A stretch of 64,000 nt of DNA from Candidatus Kuenenia stuttgartensis (GCA_945865325.1 CAMBFA010000003.1:2956-66955); one strand, 5' to 3'; positions 50,129 to 59,451 are shown, numbered from the stretch's first letter. Notes: generated by a model not told the origin, from the sequence alone. Translations and numbers: made by a program.

Positions 50129-51535
50129 TCACTCCGGCAGTGGCTTGCCGTTGGTTTCCGGGGCGAAGGGGAGGACCGCGAGCCCGAGAAGGAAAACACT
50201 GCACATGACGATCCCCGCCGGCCGCATCGGCTCAGGGGATCCGGCAAACACGCCCGAGGTCAGCTGGCCGAGAAGGAACGGCCCCCCGGCGGCGATGAAC
50301 CGGCCGACGTTGTAGCAGAAGCTCGTGCCGGTGCTCCGCAGCCGAGTCGGGAACAGCTCCGGCAGATAGATCGCGTAGCCGGCGAACAGCGACAGCTGGC
50401 AGAAGCCCATGATCGGCAGCATCCACCAGATGTCGGAGGGCTTCGAGAGAAACCTGAAGACCATCGCCGTGGAGAGCATCGCAGCGACCAGTGCCAGGGC
50501 GAAGAAGGGCTTGCGGCCGATCCGCTGGCAGACCCGTGCCGCCAGCATCATGGAGGCAAATGCCCCCACCTGGATCATCATCGACGAGAGCCCGACATAC
50601 TTGCCGAGCTTTCCGGCTAGAGCCGCCCCCTCGAGCCCTTCGGCGATGAACTGCTTTTGGAACACACTGCGGACGAGATCGAGCGAGAAGAAGGCGATCC
50701 CCCACAGGCCGATCACCCCCGAGCAGGCCAGGAGCATGCCGACGATCGCGTTTTTCCGCCAGCGCGGATCGGCAAACAGGGCGCCGTAGCCCCCCAGGGC
50801 CGTGCCCGTGCTCTCCGCCTGGGCCTTCATCGCCTGCCAGCGCTCCGGTTCCTTCAGCCTGGAGCGGATGACCAGCGCCAGCACGGCCGGGAGGGCCCCG
50901 ATGACAAACTTCCACCGCCACGGCTCCCAGCCGGCGAGCTTGCTTGAGTGGGCGAGGATCTGCAGTTCTCCCAGGCCGATGCCGATCGACGCGGCGAGGA
51001 AGTTCCCCACCGCGGAGAGGGCCTGGAGGAGCCCGAGGGCGTGCGGCCGGGCCCGGTCGGGCATCACCTCGGCAACCAGCGCCACGCCGACGGCAAACTC
51101 CCCGCCCACCCCCAGCCCGGTGATGAATCGATAAAAGGCGAAATCCCAAAACCCGGTCGAGAGCGCGGAGAGTCCGGTGCACAGCGAGTAGATGACGATC
51201 GTGATCATCATCGTTTTGGCGCGGCCATAGCGATCGCCGACGACGCCGAAGATCAGACCGCCGGTGGCCCAGCCGAGGAGGAAAATGCAGGTGGCAAGGC
51301 CGCCATAGTAAGCGACGTCCTTCGGATCGGCTGCCGCACCGCCGACAGCCAGCAGCGTTTCCATCGCCGGCTTGCGGGCGAGATTGAAGAGCTGCTGGTC
51401 GAGGCAATCAAACAGCCACCCCAGTGCCGCCACCACGAGGACGAACCAGTGATAGCGGGTCATCCCGGTCCACCACGGCTGGCCGTCGTTAGGAATCGTG
51501 GTCCCCGACGAGTCGAAGTGGGGTAGATCTGCCAT
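50129..51535 (-). CDS. MFS transporter
   Basis: GWLFDCLD, GDRYGR, GVGGEF, ELFPTRLRSTG, PETNG. Confidence 0.93.
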   Translation of the reverse strand: MADLPHFDSSGTTIPNDGQPWWTGMTRYHWFVLVVAALGWLFDCLDQQLFNLARKPAMETLLAVGGAAADPKDVAYYGGLATCIFLLGWATGGLIFGVVGDRYGRAKTMMITIVIYSLCTGLSALSTGFWDFAFYRFITGLGVGGEFAVGVALVAEVMPDRARPHALGLLQALSAVGNFLAASIGIGLGELQILAHSSKLAGWEPWRWKFVIGALPAVLALVIRSRLKEPERWQAMKAQAESTGTALGGYGALFADPRWRKNAIVGMLLACSGVIGLWGIAFFSLDLVRSVFQKQFIAEGLEGAALAGKLGKYVGLSSMMIQVGAFASMMLAARVCQRIGRKPFFALALVAAMLSTAMVFRFLSKPSDIWWMLPIMGFCQLSLFAGYAIYLPELFPTRLRSTGTSFCYNVGRFIAAGGPFLLGQLTSGVFAGSPEPMRPAGIVMCSVFLLGLAVLPFAPETNGKPLPE

Positions 51536-51601
51536 GGAGGTTGATCCCGGGGAGGAGGGGCGGAGGAACGAAGGAATCGGGCCCGGCGGCGAGCCGATGG
51601 C

Positions 51602-52429
51602 CTACGCCGCATCGAGCCCGGCCGCGACCCCCCGCAGATAGGCGATGCTCTCCCGGGCGGCGCGCTCGGGACCAGGAGCATAATCGAAGACCTCGACGCT
51701 CACCCATCCGGGATAGCTCACGCCGCGGAGGGCCGCGAAGATCGGACCGAAGTCGACCGCGCCAAAGCCGGGCCCCCGCAGGTTGGCGTCGTTGGCATGG
51801 AAGTGCTCGAGGTGGCGGGCCGAAGCCCCGATGATCGCGGGAATAGGCTCCACTTCGCTCGACATCGCTTTGACGTCGAGATGGAGTCGAACGTGCGGCG
51901 AGCCGATCCGCTCGATCAGCCGGCAGGTCTCGGCGGCGGTGTTGAGAACGTCGGTCTCGCTCGGTGAGAGCGGCTCGAGCGCCACCACCGTGCCGGTTTC
52001 CTCGAGCACCGGTACGAGGTCCGAGAACACCCCCCGGAGCCGGTCGATCGCTTCCTCCGGCGTCGTGCCGGGGAGGAGGCTACGCTGCTGCGGCGAGCCG
52101 AAGACCAGAACGCGGCCGTCGAGGTCGCGGCAGAGGCGCGCCAGCTCGCCGAGATAGGCCGTCGTGGCCCGACGCACCGAGGCGTCGGCGTGCGTCGCAT
52201 GGAAGCCCTCCGTCTTAGCCAGGAGCCAATGGAGGCCGAGGCACTCCAGCCCCGCGGCCCGGATCGTGTCTCGGATCGTCGCCCGTTCCCGCGCCGAAAG
52301 CTCGGTGACGAGGCTCGCGAGGGTGAACGGCGCGACCTCGAGGCCGGTGTAGCCCGCGGCGGCTGCTTCGGCACAAGCCCGCTCCAGCGGCCAGTCGACA
52401 AACGTCTCGTTACAGATGGCGTAGCGCAT
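51602..52429 (-). CDS. Sugar phosphate isomerase/epimerase (D-tagatose 3-epimerase-like TIM barrel)
   Basis: GLEVAP, LEPL, HLDVK, HFHAND, SVEVF. Confidence 0.9.
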   Translation of the reverse strand: MRYAICNETFVDWPLERACAEAAAAGYTGLEVAPFTLASLVTELSARERATIRDTIRAAGLECLGLHWLLAKTEGFHATHADASVRRATTAYLGELARLCRDLDGRVLVFGSPQQRSLLPGTTPEEAIDRLRGVFSDLVPVLEETGTVVALEPLSPSETDVLNTAAETCRLIERIGSPHVRLHLDVKAMSSEVEPIPAIIGASARHLEHFHANDANLRGPGFGAVDFGPIFAALRGVSYPGWVSVEVFDYAPGPERAARESIAYLRGVAAGLDAA

Positions 52430-52442
52430 CGCGGCTCCGGAG

Positions 52443-53528
52443 TCAGGAGGGATCCTCGATCTTCACCGGCCGTCCGGTGCGGGCCGATGTGTAGCAGGCG
52501 GCGACGATCGCCACGGCCTTCCGCCCTTCGAGGGCATCGAGATCGGGCCGGCGCCCGGCGCGGAGGGCGGTCACGAAGGCCTCGAAGTTGCGCGTGTGGC
52601 AGGCGTAGTTGATCGCCATCGGATCGGCGGCCCCGCCGCTGGTGCTGCTCCCCGCCCCGAACCGGGAGCGGGTCGCCTCGTCGTCAGGCGAGGGCACGCG
52701 GAAGCGCCAATCCGTCAGCTGCTCTTCGAGAATCTCGGCGGTGCCGTCGCGGCCGCCGACGAGGATCCGACGCAGCTGGCCGGGGAACATCGCCGTGGTG
52801 GCGAGGATCTGCCCAAGCGCGCCGTCACGGAAACGGAGCACGGCCACGCAGCTGTCCTCGACTTCGAGCCGGGCGGGGTCGTGCGCCCGGATGGCCGTCA
52901 GCGCCACGACGCTCTCCACCGGGTTCTCACCGGGGGTGAGCCCCGGCATCGTCGCCCCGGCGATCCACTGGAGGGCGTCGACGCCATGGATCGATTGGTT
53001 CATCAGCGCGCCGCCGCCATCGAGCGCGGTGGTTCCCTGCCAGCGCCCGACGCCGTAATAGGCATCATCCCGCCACCACGGCACGTACGCGGCGACGAGA
53101 GCCAGGCGGCCGAAGCGACCGGCCGCCGCCGCCGCGCGGACGGTCTGGACAACCGGGTTGAAGCGCTGCGGGAAGATTGCGCCCAGCGTGATCCCCGCCT
53201 TGGCGGCGATCGCCCGCATGGCGTCGATCCGCCGGAGCGTGATTTCGAGTGGCTTCTCGCAGATCACATGGACCCCGCGCCGGGCGGCGGCCTTCAAGCC
53301 CTCCAGATGGGCACCGGAAGGGGTGGCGATCGTGACGAAGTCGGGCTTCTCACGGCGCAGCATCGTGGCGGCATCGGCGTACCACCGGCAGCCGAACTCC
53401 TCCGCGAACGCGGCCCCCTTCGCCTCGGTGCGGCAGCACCCGGCGACGAGCTCGATGCCGTCGATGTCCGCCAGCGCCCGGGCATGCATCCGCGCGATCG
53501 CACCGATGCCGATGATCGCGGCCCGCAT
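52443..53528 (-). CDS. Gfo/Idh/MocA family oxidoreductase
   Basis: GIGAIA, TPSGAH, EKP, GGGALMNQSIH. Ribosome-binding site ggagg before ATG 53528. Confidence 0.92.
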   Translation of the reverse strand: MRAAIIGIGAIARMHARALADIDGIELVAGCCRTEAKGAAFAEEFGCRWYADAATMLRREKPDFVTIATPSGAHLEGLKAAARRGVHVICEKPLEITLRRIDAMRAIAAKAGITLGAIFPQRFNPVVQTVRAAAAAGRFGRLALVAAYVPWWRDDAYYGVGRWQGTTALDGGGALMNQSIHGVDALQWIAGATMPGLTPGENPVESVVALTAIRAHDPARLEVEDSCVAVLRFRDGALGQILATTAMFPGQLRRILVGGRDGTAEILEEQLTDWRFRVPSPDDEATRSRFGAGSSTSGGAADPMAINYACHTRNFEAFVTALRAGRRPDLDALEGRKAVAIVAACYTSARTGRPVKIEDPS

Positions 53529-53670
53529 CAGGTCCCTCCTCGTGTCGAACCGGGAGGCGGCGCCAGCCCACAGACCAGCGCCCCCAGAGGACGCAGTGTG
53601 GACCCCCGGAGACGGCAGAACAAGCCTGCCGGAGGAAGAGGAGAGCGACGACCTGCGGAGGCCGGCCCGA

Positions 53671-54393
53671 TCACTTCGCCCGGTAGAAGGCGTCGAACAA
53701 CCGATCGTTGACCCGGTGGAGCCGCGGCAGCGGGCCATCATCATGCGTGCCGGTCCGCGGGCAGCAGGGGCCCCGGTAGATCGGCCCACAGGTCGGATCT
53801 CCCGCGACGCCGACGAGGTCGTAGGGATCAAGAGGATGGCTCGGATGACAGGGTGGGAGCGGGATGCAAAGCTCGATCCAGCGGGGCTCGCCGCAAGCAT
53901 GGAGCGGTTCGGCACCGGCCAACCAGTCGCCGGGCCGATCGCTCCGCAGCGGAAGGGTGCGGGCGAGAATCTCGTCGATTGAGGTCTTCGTCGTCACGCT
54001 GTCGATCGCGGCCTTCTCTGCGGCCAGCGAGCCATCCCCCGATCCGGCCGTGACCGCGCGCCGCTCTACCGGATCGGCCGACTTTGTGGCGGGATCAGCC
54101 CGCTTCGTCGCTGGCGGGGACGCAGCCTCCTTCGCCTCGTCGGCCTTGGCCGCGGCAGGGGTGGGGGCCCGCTTCGTGGCCGCCGCATCGGCTTCCGACT
54201 TCGCCCCGTTGTCGGCTGGCGAGTCCCGCCGGACTTTCTGCCTCCAGCCGTCGGTGGCCAGGGGCTTCGCGGCGCCTCCCTCTGCGGAAGGCTCCGGCGA
54301 CTGGGCACTTGTCGGGCTGGCCATCAACGCCCATGCCGCCACCCAGGCGGCGGTCGTCACGGCCAAGCATCGCCCCTGCGGTATCATCTTCAT
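53671..54393 (-). CDS. Secreted hypothetical protein with Cys/His/Pro-rich C-terminus
   Basis: Signal peptide (..PTSAQ), Ala/Lys/Pro linker, C-terminal CGEP..C..PPCHP..C..PCCP. Confidence 0.6.
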   Translation of the reverse strand: MKMIPQGRCLAVTTAAWVAAWALMASPTSAQSPEPSAEGGAAKPLATDGWRQKVRRDSPADNGAKSEADAAATKRAPTPAAAKADEAKEAASPPATKRADPATKSADPVERRAVTAGSGDGSLAAEKAAIDSVTTKTSIDEILARTLPLRSDRPGDWLAGAEPLHACGEPRWIELCIPLPPCHPSHPLDPYDLVGVAGDPTCGPIYRGPCCPRTGTHDDGPLPRLHRVNDRLFDAFYRAK

Positions 54394-54597
54394 GCTGCGG
54401 GTCCCCCTCGAAAGACACCATCGACAGCCCACCCCGTCGGGCTGGAGTGCTGCCAGGGAAGGCACCCGGAGCCGGTGAAGGGGCGGAGTCTGCGGCGGGA
54501 AAAGCGCCCTCTCCGCCCGGCAAACCCTGCTTGTCTCCCCCCGTTCCCAGCACCGTTTCCAACACCGGAAGGGTCACGGCCGTTCCCTTTCCAGCCC

Positions 54598-55755
54598 ATG
54601 GCACCTACCAGCCCCCCTCCCTTCGACGCCCCTCCCGTCCTCGCCGCGCTCCAGGCCCGGGGCCGGCGGGTGGTGATGATCACCGCCGGTGGGGGGTCGG
54701 CGGCGATCCCGGCCCTCGTCACGCTCCCCGGTGCCAGCGCGGTCGTCTTTGAGGCGATCGCCCCCTCCGTCCGCAAGGCAATCGATGCGCTCCTCGGCGG
54801 AGAGCAGGAGTCGTATGGTTCGTCCCGGGCTGCGCGTCGTCTGGCGATGGCCGCCTGGGAGCGCTGCTGCCGGTACGGCGCACCCGGCGACAGCGCCGTG
54901 GGCGTCGGGGCAACCGCCGGCCTGGCGACGACCATCCCCAAACGGGGCGACCACCGGATCCACGTCGCGGTCCAGACCCTCGGGGAAACCTCCGTCGCCT
55001 CACTCACCCTCGCGAAGGGGGCCCGAACGCGGGCCGAGGAGGAGACGCTCGCCGCCGCACTCGTCCTCGCGCGGCTGGCCGCTGAAGGAGAGGCGGACTC
55101 GACGACCGCGGCAGGGCTCGCGGCGCTGCTTGGGCCGGAGGAGCGGATCATCATCGAGCGGCAACCGGGGCCGATCGCCTGGCAGTCGGTCCTCGATGGG
55201 ACATCGGGGAGGGCCCGCTTGGCTGGGGCGGCAGGGAACGAAGCGATCTTCCCCGGCTCATTCGATCCGCTCCACGACGGGCATCGGGCGATGGCCCGAA
55301 TCGGGGCCCGGATCACTGGGCTGCCGGTGGCCTACGAGCTCTCGATCCGCAACGTCGAGAAGCCTGCACTCGATTTTGTGGAGATCGCCGCGCGGGCCGA
55401 TCGGTTCGATGGCGCGGCGGCTTGGTTGACGTCGGCGGCGACCTTCGTCGAGAAGGTGGCGCTGTTTCCGGGGGCTCCGTTCCTCGTCGGCGCCGACACC
55501 TTCGTGCGACTCGGCCACCCGCGCTATTCGGGAGGCTCCACCGCAGCCGCCGCCGAAGCCGTGAGACGGATCGCGACGGAATCAGGGGGGCTGATCGTCT
55601 TCGGCCGTATCCGAGACGGCGTGTTCACCGATCCGGCGCGACTGCTGGCGCCGCCAGCCCTGCGGGCGATCGCCCGGTTCGTGACGGAAGAGGAGTTCCG
55701 CGACGACGGGTCGAGCACGCTTCTGCGGCGGGCCGAATCGGCGGGGCAGGAGTGA
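54598..55755 (+). CDS. CinA/PncC-like + NadD-like nucleotidyltransferase fusion
   Basis: N-terminal PGASAVV..AVGVGATAG region, then FPGSFDPLHDGH (HxGH) and VGADTF. Confidence 0.75.
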   Translation: MAPTSPPPFDAPPVLAALQARGRRVVMITAGGGSAAIPALVTLPGASAVVFEAIAPSVRKAIDALLGGEQESYGSSRAARRLAMAAWERCCRYGAPGDSAVGVGATAGLATTIPKRGDHRIHVAVQTLGETSVASLTLAKGARTRAEEETLAAALVLARLAAEGEADSTTAAGLAALLGPEERIIIERQPGPIAWQSVLDGTSGRARLAGAAGNEAIFPGSFDPLHDGHRAMARIGARITGLPVAYELSIRNVEKPALDFVEIAARADRFDGAAAWLTSAATFVEKVALFPGAPFLVGADTFVRLGHPRYSGGSTAAAAEAVRRIATESGGLIVFGRIRDGVFTDPARLLAPPALRAIARFVTEEEFRDDGSSTLLRRAESAGQE

Positions 55756-55782
55756 CCCTGCGGGCGTCGTCGCCAGGGAACG

Positions 55783-56016
55783 TCAGGCGGGGGTGCGGGA
55801 ACGATCGCCGCGGGCGAGGCGGCGGCGGCGACTGGCCAACATCGCGTTCCAAAATCCGAGAAAGCCGACGACGCAGGCGAAGACAATGATCGGGCGACGG
55901 ATGTCGTGGTTGAAGGTCCACGAACCGGCGGCGAGGGTCGTGCCCCAGACCAGCACGGCGAGCATGATCCAGCGGAGGATCGTTTCGGCCTTGGCGGAGG
56001 GGGGCGGGGTGATCAT
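55783..56016 (-). CDS. Small two-TM membrane protein
   Basis: 77 aa with two hydrophobic helices and a basic tail. TATAGT lies 6 nt upstream of the ATG. Confidence 0.7.
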   Translation of the reverse strand: MITPPPSAKAETILRWIMLAVLVWGTTLAAGSWTFNHDIRRPIIVFACVVGFLGFWNAMLASRRRRLARGDRSRTPA

Positions 56017-56070
56017 GGCCCTACTATAGGCCCGTGCCCAGCGGCCGCCGATGCCGCCGCACCCGAGGCG

Positions 56071-56134
56071 CAAAAAAAAGGCCCCCGGAACGGTCCAGAT
56101 CCCAGGGGGGCGGGGAACCTGAACCGTTTCCGGG
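56071..56134 (-). terminator. Intrinsic terminator
   Basis: Minus strand cccggaaacggttcaggttccc...gggatctggaccgttccggg followed by ggcc and tttttttt. Confidence 0.75.
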
Positions 56135-56269
56135 AGCGATTGGACGGACGGTTGTCTCGGAGGGGCCAGGAGGGGTTGGTGGGTCCAAGGGGGGCAGCGA
56201 TCCCCCCCATCGGCTCCACTCATCACTGCCGCGGGGCCGCGTGGCGAACCCCTCGTCAACCTCAAAGCT
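56071..56269 (-). ncRNA. Candidate ~200-nt small RNA of unknown family
   Basis: Bracketed by a TTGACC-N17-TACTTT promoter and a long hairpin + U8 terminator. No credible ORF. Confidence 0.55.
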
Positions 56270-56275
56270 GGGGGG

Positions 56276-56304
56276 AAAGTAGGGGACCGGTTTTCAGGGG
56301 TCAA
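56276..56304 (-). promoter_or_regulatory. Sigma70-type promoter
   Basis: TTGACC (56304-56299), 17-nt spacer, TACTTT (56281-56276). Confidence 0.65.
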
Positions 56305-56343
56305 GGCCTCTTCCAGCCACGAAAAAAAGAATCCACGTCATCC

Positions 56344-56383
56344 CGTAACCCCCGTGAAATCCTGGGATTTCACGGGGGTTACG
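56344..56383. repeat. Perfect 19-bp inverted repeat with 2-nt spacer
   Basis: cgtaacccccgtgaaatcc-tg-ggatttcacgggggttacg. Confidence 0.85.
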
Positions 56384-56507
56384 CAACCGGCCCGACGATC
56401 GGATGGCAAGGCGGCGCGGTCTGGGGGAAAGGGGTATGCTCTCGCGATGCCCGCGCTCGAGCCGATTCTCCCGTCGCTCCCCCTCCGCAGGCCCCGACAG
56501 GTTGACC

Positions 56508-57131
56508 ATGGCCACTTCGCCCCAGCTGCTTTCCCCCACTCCCTCTGGCTCCGGAGCGCCTCCGACCCCGGCCGCCTGGGAGCAGACCTTCGAGGCCGGG
56601 CTGCGGTATGGCGATTTCCTCGAGCGCCACGGCACCCCCGAACAGCGCTCGCGCTGGCAGGGGGTCTATGACCGGGTGGTGCTGACCAGCGAGGAGCGGC
56701 GGATCCTCGGTGGCTTCGTGCGGCGGATGCCGGTGCTCGTCTTGGCCGGGGCGTGGTGCGGCGACTGCGTCAGTCAGTGCCCGATCTTCCCTCACTTCGC
56801 CGCCGCCACGTCGGCGATCGATTTGAAGTTTCTCGATCGCGACGCCCGCCCCGACATCGCCGCCCATCTCAAGGTCTGCGGTGGCCAGCGGGTGCCGACG
56901 CTGGCCTTCTTCAGCGAGGACTTCACCCCCGTGCTCATCTATGGCGAGCGCACGCTCTCGGCCTACCGGGCCGCGGCCGCATCCCAACTCGGCGGCACGT
57001 GCCAGACCGGGATCGTGCCCCCGGCAGCCGACGCGCTGGCCGCGGTGACCGGCGACTGGCTCCGCGAATTCGAACGGGTGCAGTTGATCCTGCGGTTGTC
57101 GGGTCGACTCCGCCAACTCCATGGCGACTGA
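56508..57131 (+). CDS. Thioredoxin family protein (Thioredoxin_9-like)
   Basis: GAWCGDC active site, FLDRD, GGQRVPT. Start set at ATG 56508. Confidence 0.88.
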   Translation: MATSPQLLSPTPSGSGAPPTPAAWEQTFEAGLRYGDFLERHGTPEQRSRWQGVYDRVVLTSEERRILGGFVRRMPVLVLAGAWCGDCVSQCPIFPHFAAATSAIDLKFLDRDARPDIAAHLKVCGGQRVPTLAFFSEDFTPVLIYGERTLSAYRAAAASQLGGTCQTGIVPPAADALAAVTGDWLREFERVQLILRLSGRLRQLHGD

Positions 57132-57212
57132 CGCTTCCCGCGGTCTGCGGAAGCGGCCCCCCGACCGTCCTGCCCGGCTTCCCCCCGAGGATCGACGCCG
57201 CCCTGCGGCCAC

Positions 57213-57650
57213 ATGACCATGACGACCCGCGAACGCTGGACGGTCTATCCGCTTCTCTTTCTGGCGATCGGCCTGGCCATGCGGGCCCAGTCGGGCACGC
57301 CTGATCTCAATGGCCGCATCCGCTGCGAGATTCTCGAGGCCGAGAACGTTGTTTGCCAGAATCTCCGGGTGGAGTCGGCCGACGGAAACCCGCTCGTCCA
57401 CCTCGGACGCGTGCAGGGGGGCGGCGGAGGGCGGATCGAGATCCGCGACGCTCGGGGCAACGTTTCGATGGCCGTCGGGACACGCTCCGGCCGATCCGAA
57501 GGGGGCGTGGAATTTTTCGAACGCGATGGTCACGAGTCGGCGCGACTCACGTCGACCGGCCTCGATGAACCGCCCCCGGACGCCCCCGCTCCCCGAGCCT
57601 CTCCGACAGACCAACAGCCGGGGGCCGAGGCCACCGACGCCGGGACGTAG
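57213..57650 (+). CDS. Hypothetical membrane-anchored protein
   Basis: RERWTVYPLLFLAIGLAMR anchor followed by beta-rich repeats. Confidence 0.7.
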   Translation: MTMTTRERWTVYPLLFLAIGLAMRAQSGTPDLNGRIRCEILEAENVVCQNLRVESADGNPLVHLGRVQGGGGGRIEIRDARGNVSMAVGTRSGRSEGGVEFFERDGHESARLTSTGLDEPPPDAPAPRASPTDQQPGAEATDAGT

Positions 57651-57661
57651 GGCTGTCTCTA

Positions 57662-57881
57662 CCTTCACGCGAGGCCCGTCATCCCTGACGGCCTCGCTTG
57701 CGAACCTCCGGTTCGTGGCGCGCTCAGCCGGGCTCCAAGCCCGCGAACTTTTCAATGCGCCCGGCAGGACTCGAACCTGCAGGCACCCTTCACGCGAGGC
57801 CCGTCATCCCTGACGGCCTCGCTTGCGAACCTCCGGTTCGTGGCGCGCTCAGCCGGGCTCCAAGCCCGCGAACTTTTCTAG

Positions 57882-57907
<26 letters not shown>
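57662..57907 (-). repeat. Two tandem ~125-bp tRNA-linked repeats, each containing the tRNA 3' 26 bp plus a 92-bp hairpin-rich unit
   Basis: 57662-57753 is identical to 57787-57878. tgcgcccggcaggactcgaacctgca occurs at 57756-57781 and 57882-57907. Confidence 0.92.
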
Positions 57908-57955
<48 letters not shown>

Positions 57956-58104
57956 GCGATGGCAAAGAGTATACGCGCTGAACGGCCAGCCGCCTCCCCG
58001 CTCCAACCGGCACCGCCATCCTAGCCGGTCTTTCTTTCCACCGACTCTGCCGGTGGGGCAAATCTGCCGATCTTTTTTTCAACGGCGGAGCAGAAGCCGT
58101 TCCC

Positions 58105-58128
58105 GGAACCGGGGGTGTCGAGACCGTC
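58105..58128 (+). promoter_or_regulatory. Putative ECF-sigma promoter GGAAC-N16-GTC
   Basis: ggaac at 58105 and gtc at 58126, upstream of the 58241 gene. Confidence 0.35.
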
Positions 58129-58240
58129 CTAATACGGCCACGGACGTCCGATCGGTTCCGTCGGTTTTTTCCAGCAACAACCGGCTCGTAACGATCCATC
58201 CCTTCCCCACCCCCAACTTCCGTTTTCCGGAGATTCCACC

Positions 58241-59428
58241 ATGCCCGTCGTCAATCCCCATGGCACCGTCCCAGCGGCTTCCGCGTTCCCCAGGATCGAC
58301 ACATGGTCGTTCCTCTTCGGCAGCGGAGCGATGCTTCTGGTTGCCTGGTTCGGCCTCCTCCGCCCCTCGCAACAACACCTCACCGGCCTCGAGCGTCAGG
58401 TGAGCCAGCTGACGAGAACCGTGTCTGATCTGAATGCCACCGGCAACGCGGCCAAGGGCACCAATGCCCTCCTCGCGCAGCTCCAGATCCAGGCCCGCCA
58501 ACTCGGCGATGCCGAGGAGGCTTTCGGAAGGTTTGAGAAACTCGCCGATCGGATCTCGGCCCAGACCGCAGCGATCGAACAGGCAACAATGACCCTCGAT
58601 CGCGTCGATACCCTCCACGCCGGGATCGCCGCCCGTGGTCCGGCCGTCGGTGAAGCCTCGACCGTCCTCGGCGAGATGGCCGATCTGTCGGCGAAGATCG
58701 AGGCGTCCCGTGATTCGGCCCGCGAAGCCCGTTCGTCGCTGGCGGTCCTCGACGCCCTCCACCAGGATCTGACGGTGGGGATGACGAAGATTGACGCCGC
58801 GACGCCGGTCCTCGATGACGTCCAGAAGCTCGTTGCCCGGATCGCCGGATCGGCGACCGTCGTCGATCACGCCACCGAGGTCCAGGAGCGTGCCGGCCGG
58901 CTGGGACGCGCCGTCATCGACTCCGAGGCATCGATCGTCGACGCAGAAAAGTCGGTCGAGCGGATCTCCGGCCTGACATCGTCGATCGTCAGTCAGGATA
59001 CGGTCACCGGCCCAGCCGAGGAACGTCTCCGTCGACTCGTGGCCCTGAAGAGTGCGGTCGTGTCGGGTGCCGACCACCTCGATGACGCCGATGCCACGCT
59101 CGCCAGGTTCCACGATCTGCGGGACGGCCTGCGGAACGCCACCTCGACCGTCAGCGACGTGCAGCACATGATCGTCGACGTCATGCTCCTCCAGCCGGCC
59201 GTCGACCGGGCCGTCGCCGCCCTCAAGCCGGTGATCGAACTGACGCGGACCGCCCGTCAGGCCGATCCGGCCGCGATGGCCCCCCGGGCCTCCTTCGATC
59301 CGACCCGGAAGGGGGAGTCGAATCCCTCCGCGCCGCAACCGGCCAGCGACACGCTGACCCCAGTGTCGGCCCCGGCCGCGGCCACCCCGGTGGTCGGTGC
59401 CGCGCCGACCAGCGACGTCACGAAGTGA
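58241..59428 (+). CDS. Membrane-anchored coiled-coil hypothetical protein
   Basis: One N-terminal TM, a long heptad-like helical region and a Pro/Ala tail. Has its own terminator. Confidence 0.8.
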   Translation: MPVVNPHGTVPAASAFPRIDTWSFLFGSGAMLLVAWFGLLRPSQQHLTGLERQVSQLTRTVSDLNATGNAAKGTNALLAQLQIQARQLGDAEEAFGRFEKLADRISAQTAAIEQATMTLDRVDTLHAGIAARGPAVGEASTVLGEMADLSAKIEASRDSAREARSSLAVLDALHQDLTVGMTKIDAATPVLDDVQKLVARIAGSATVVDHATEVQERAGRLGRAVIDSEASIVDAEKSVERISGLTSSIVSQDTVTGPAEERLRRLVALKSAVVSGADHLDDADATLARFHDLRDGLRNATSTVSDVQHMIVDVMLLQPAVDRAVAALKPVIELTRTARQADPAAMAPRASFDPTRKGESNPSAPQPASDTLTPVSAPAAATPVVGAAPTSDVTK

Positions 59429-59451
59429 TCCCCAGCTGCTGTCACCAAGTG

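Noticed and set aside
56013-56219. 68-aa ORF inside the candidate sRNA
   Set aside because: It runs through the terminator, has Pro/Arg-rich non-coding-like composition and has no clear ribosome-binding site.
56205-56260. Resemblance to a fluoride (crcB) riboswitch
   Set aside because: GACGAGGGGTTCGCC...TGATGA is similar, but the pseudoknot complement is missing and no fluoride-related gene follows.
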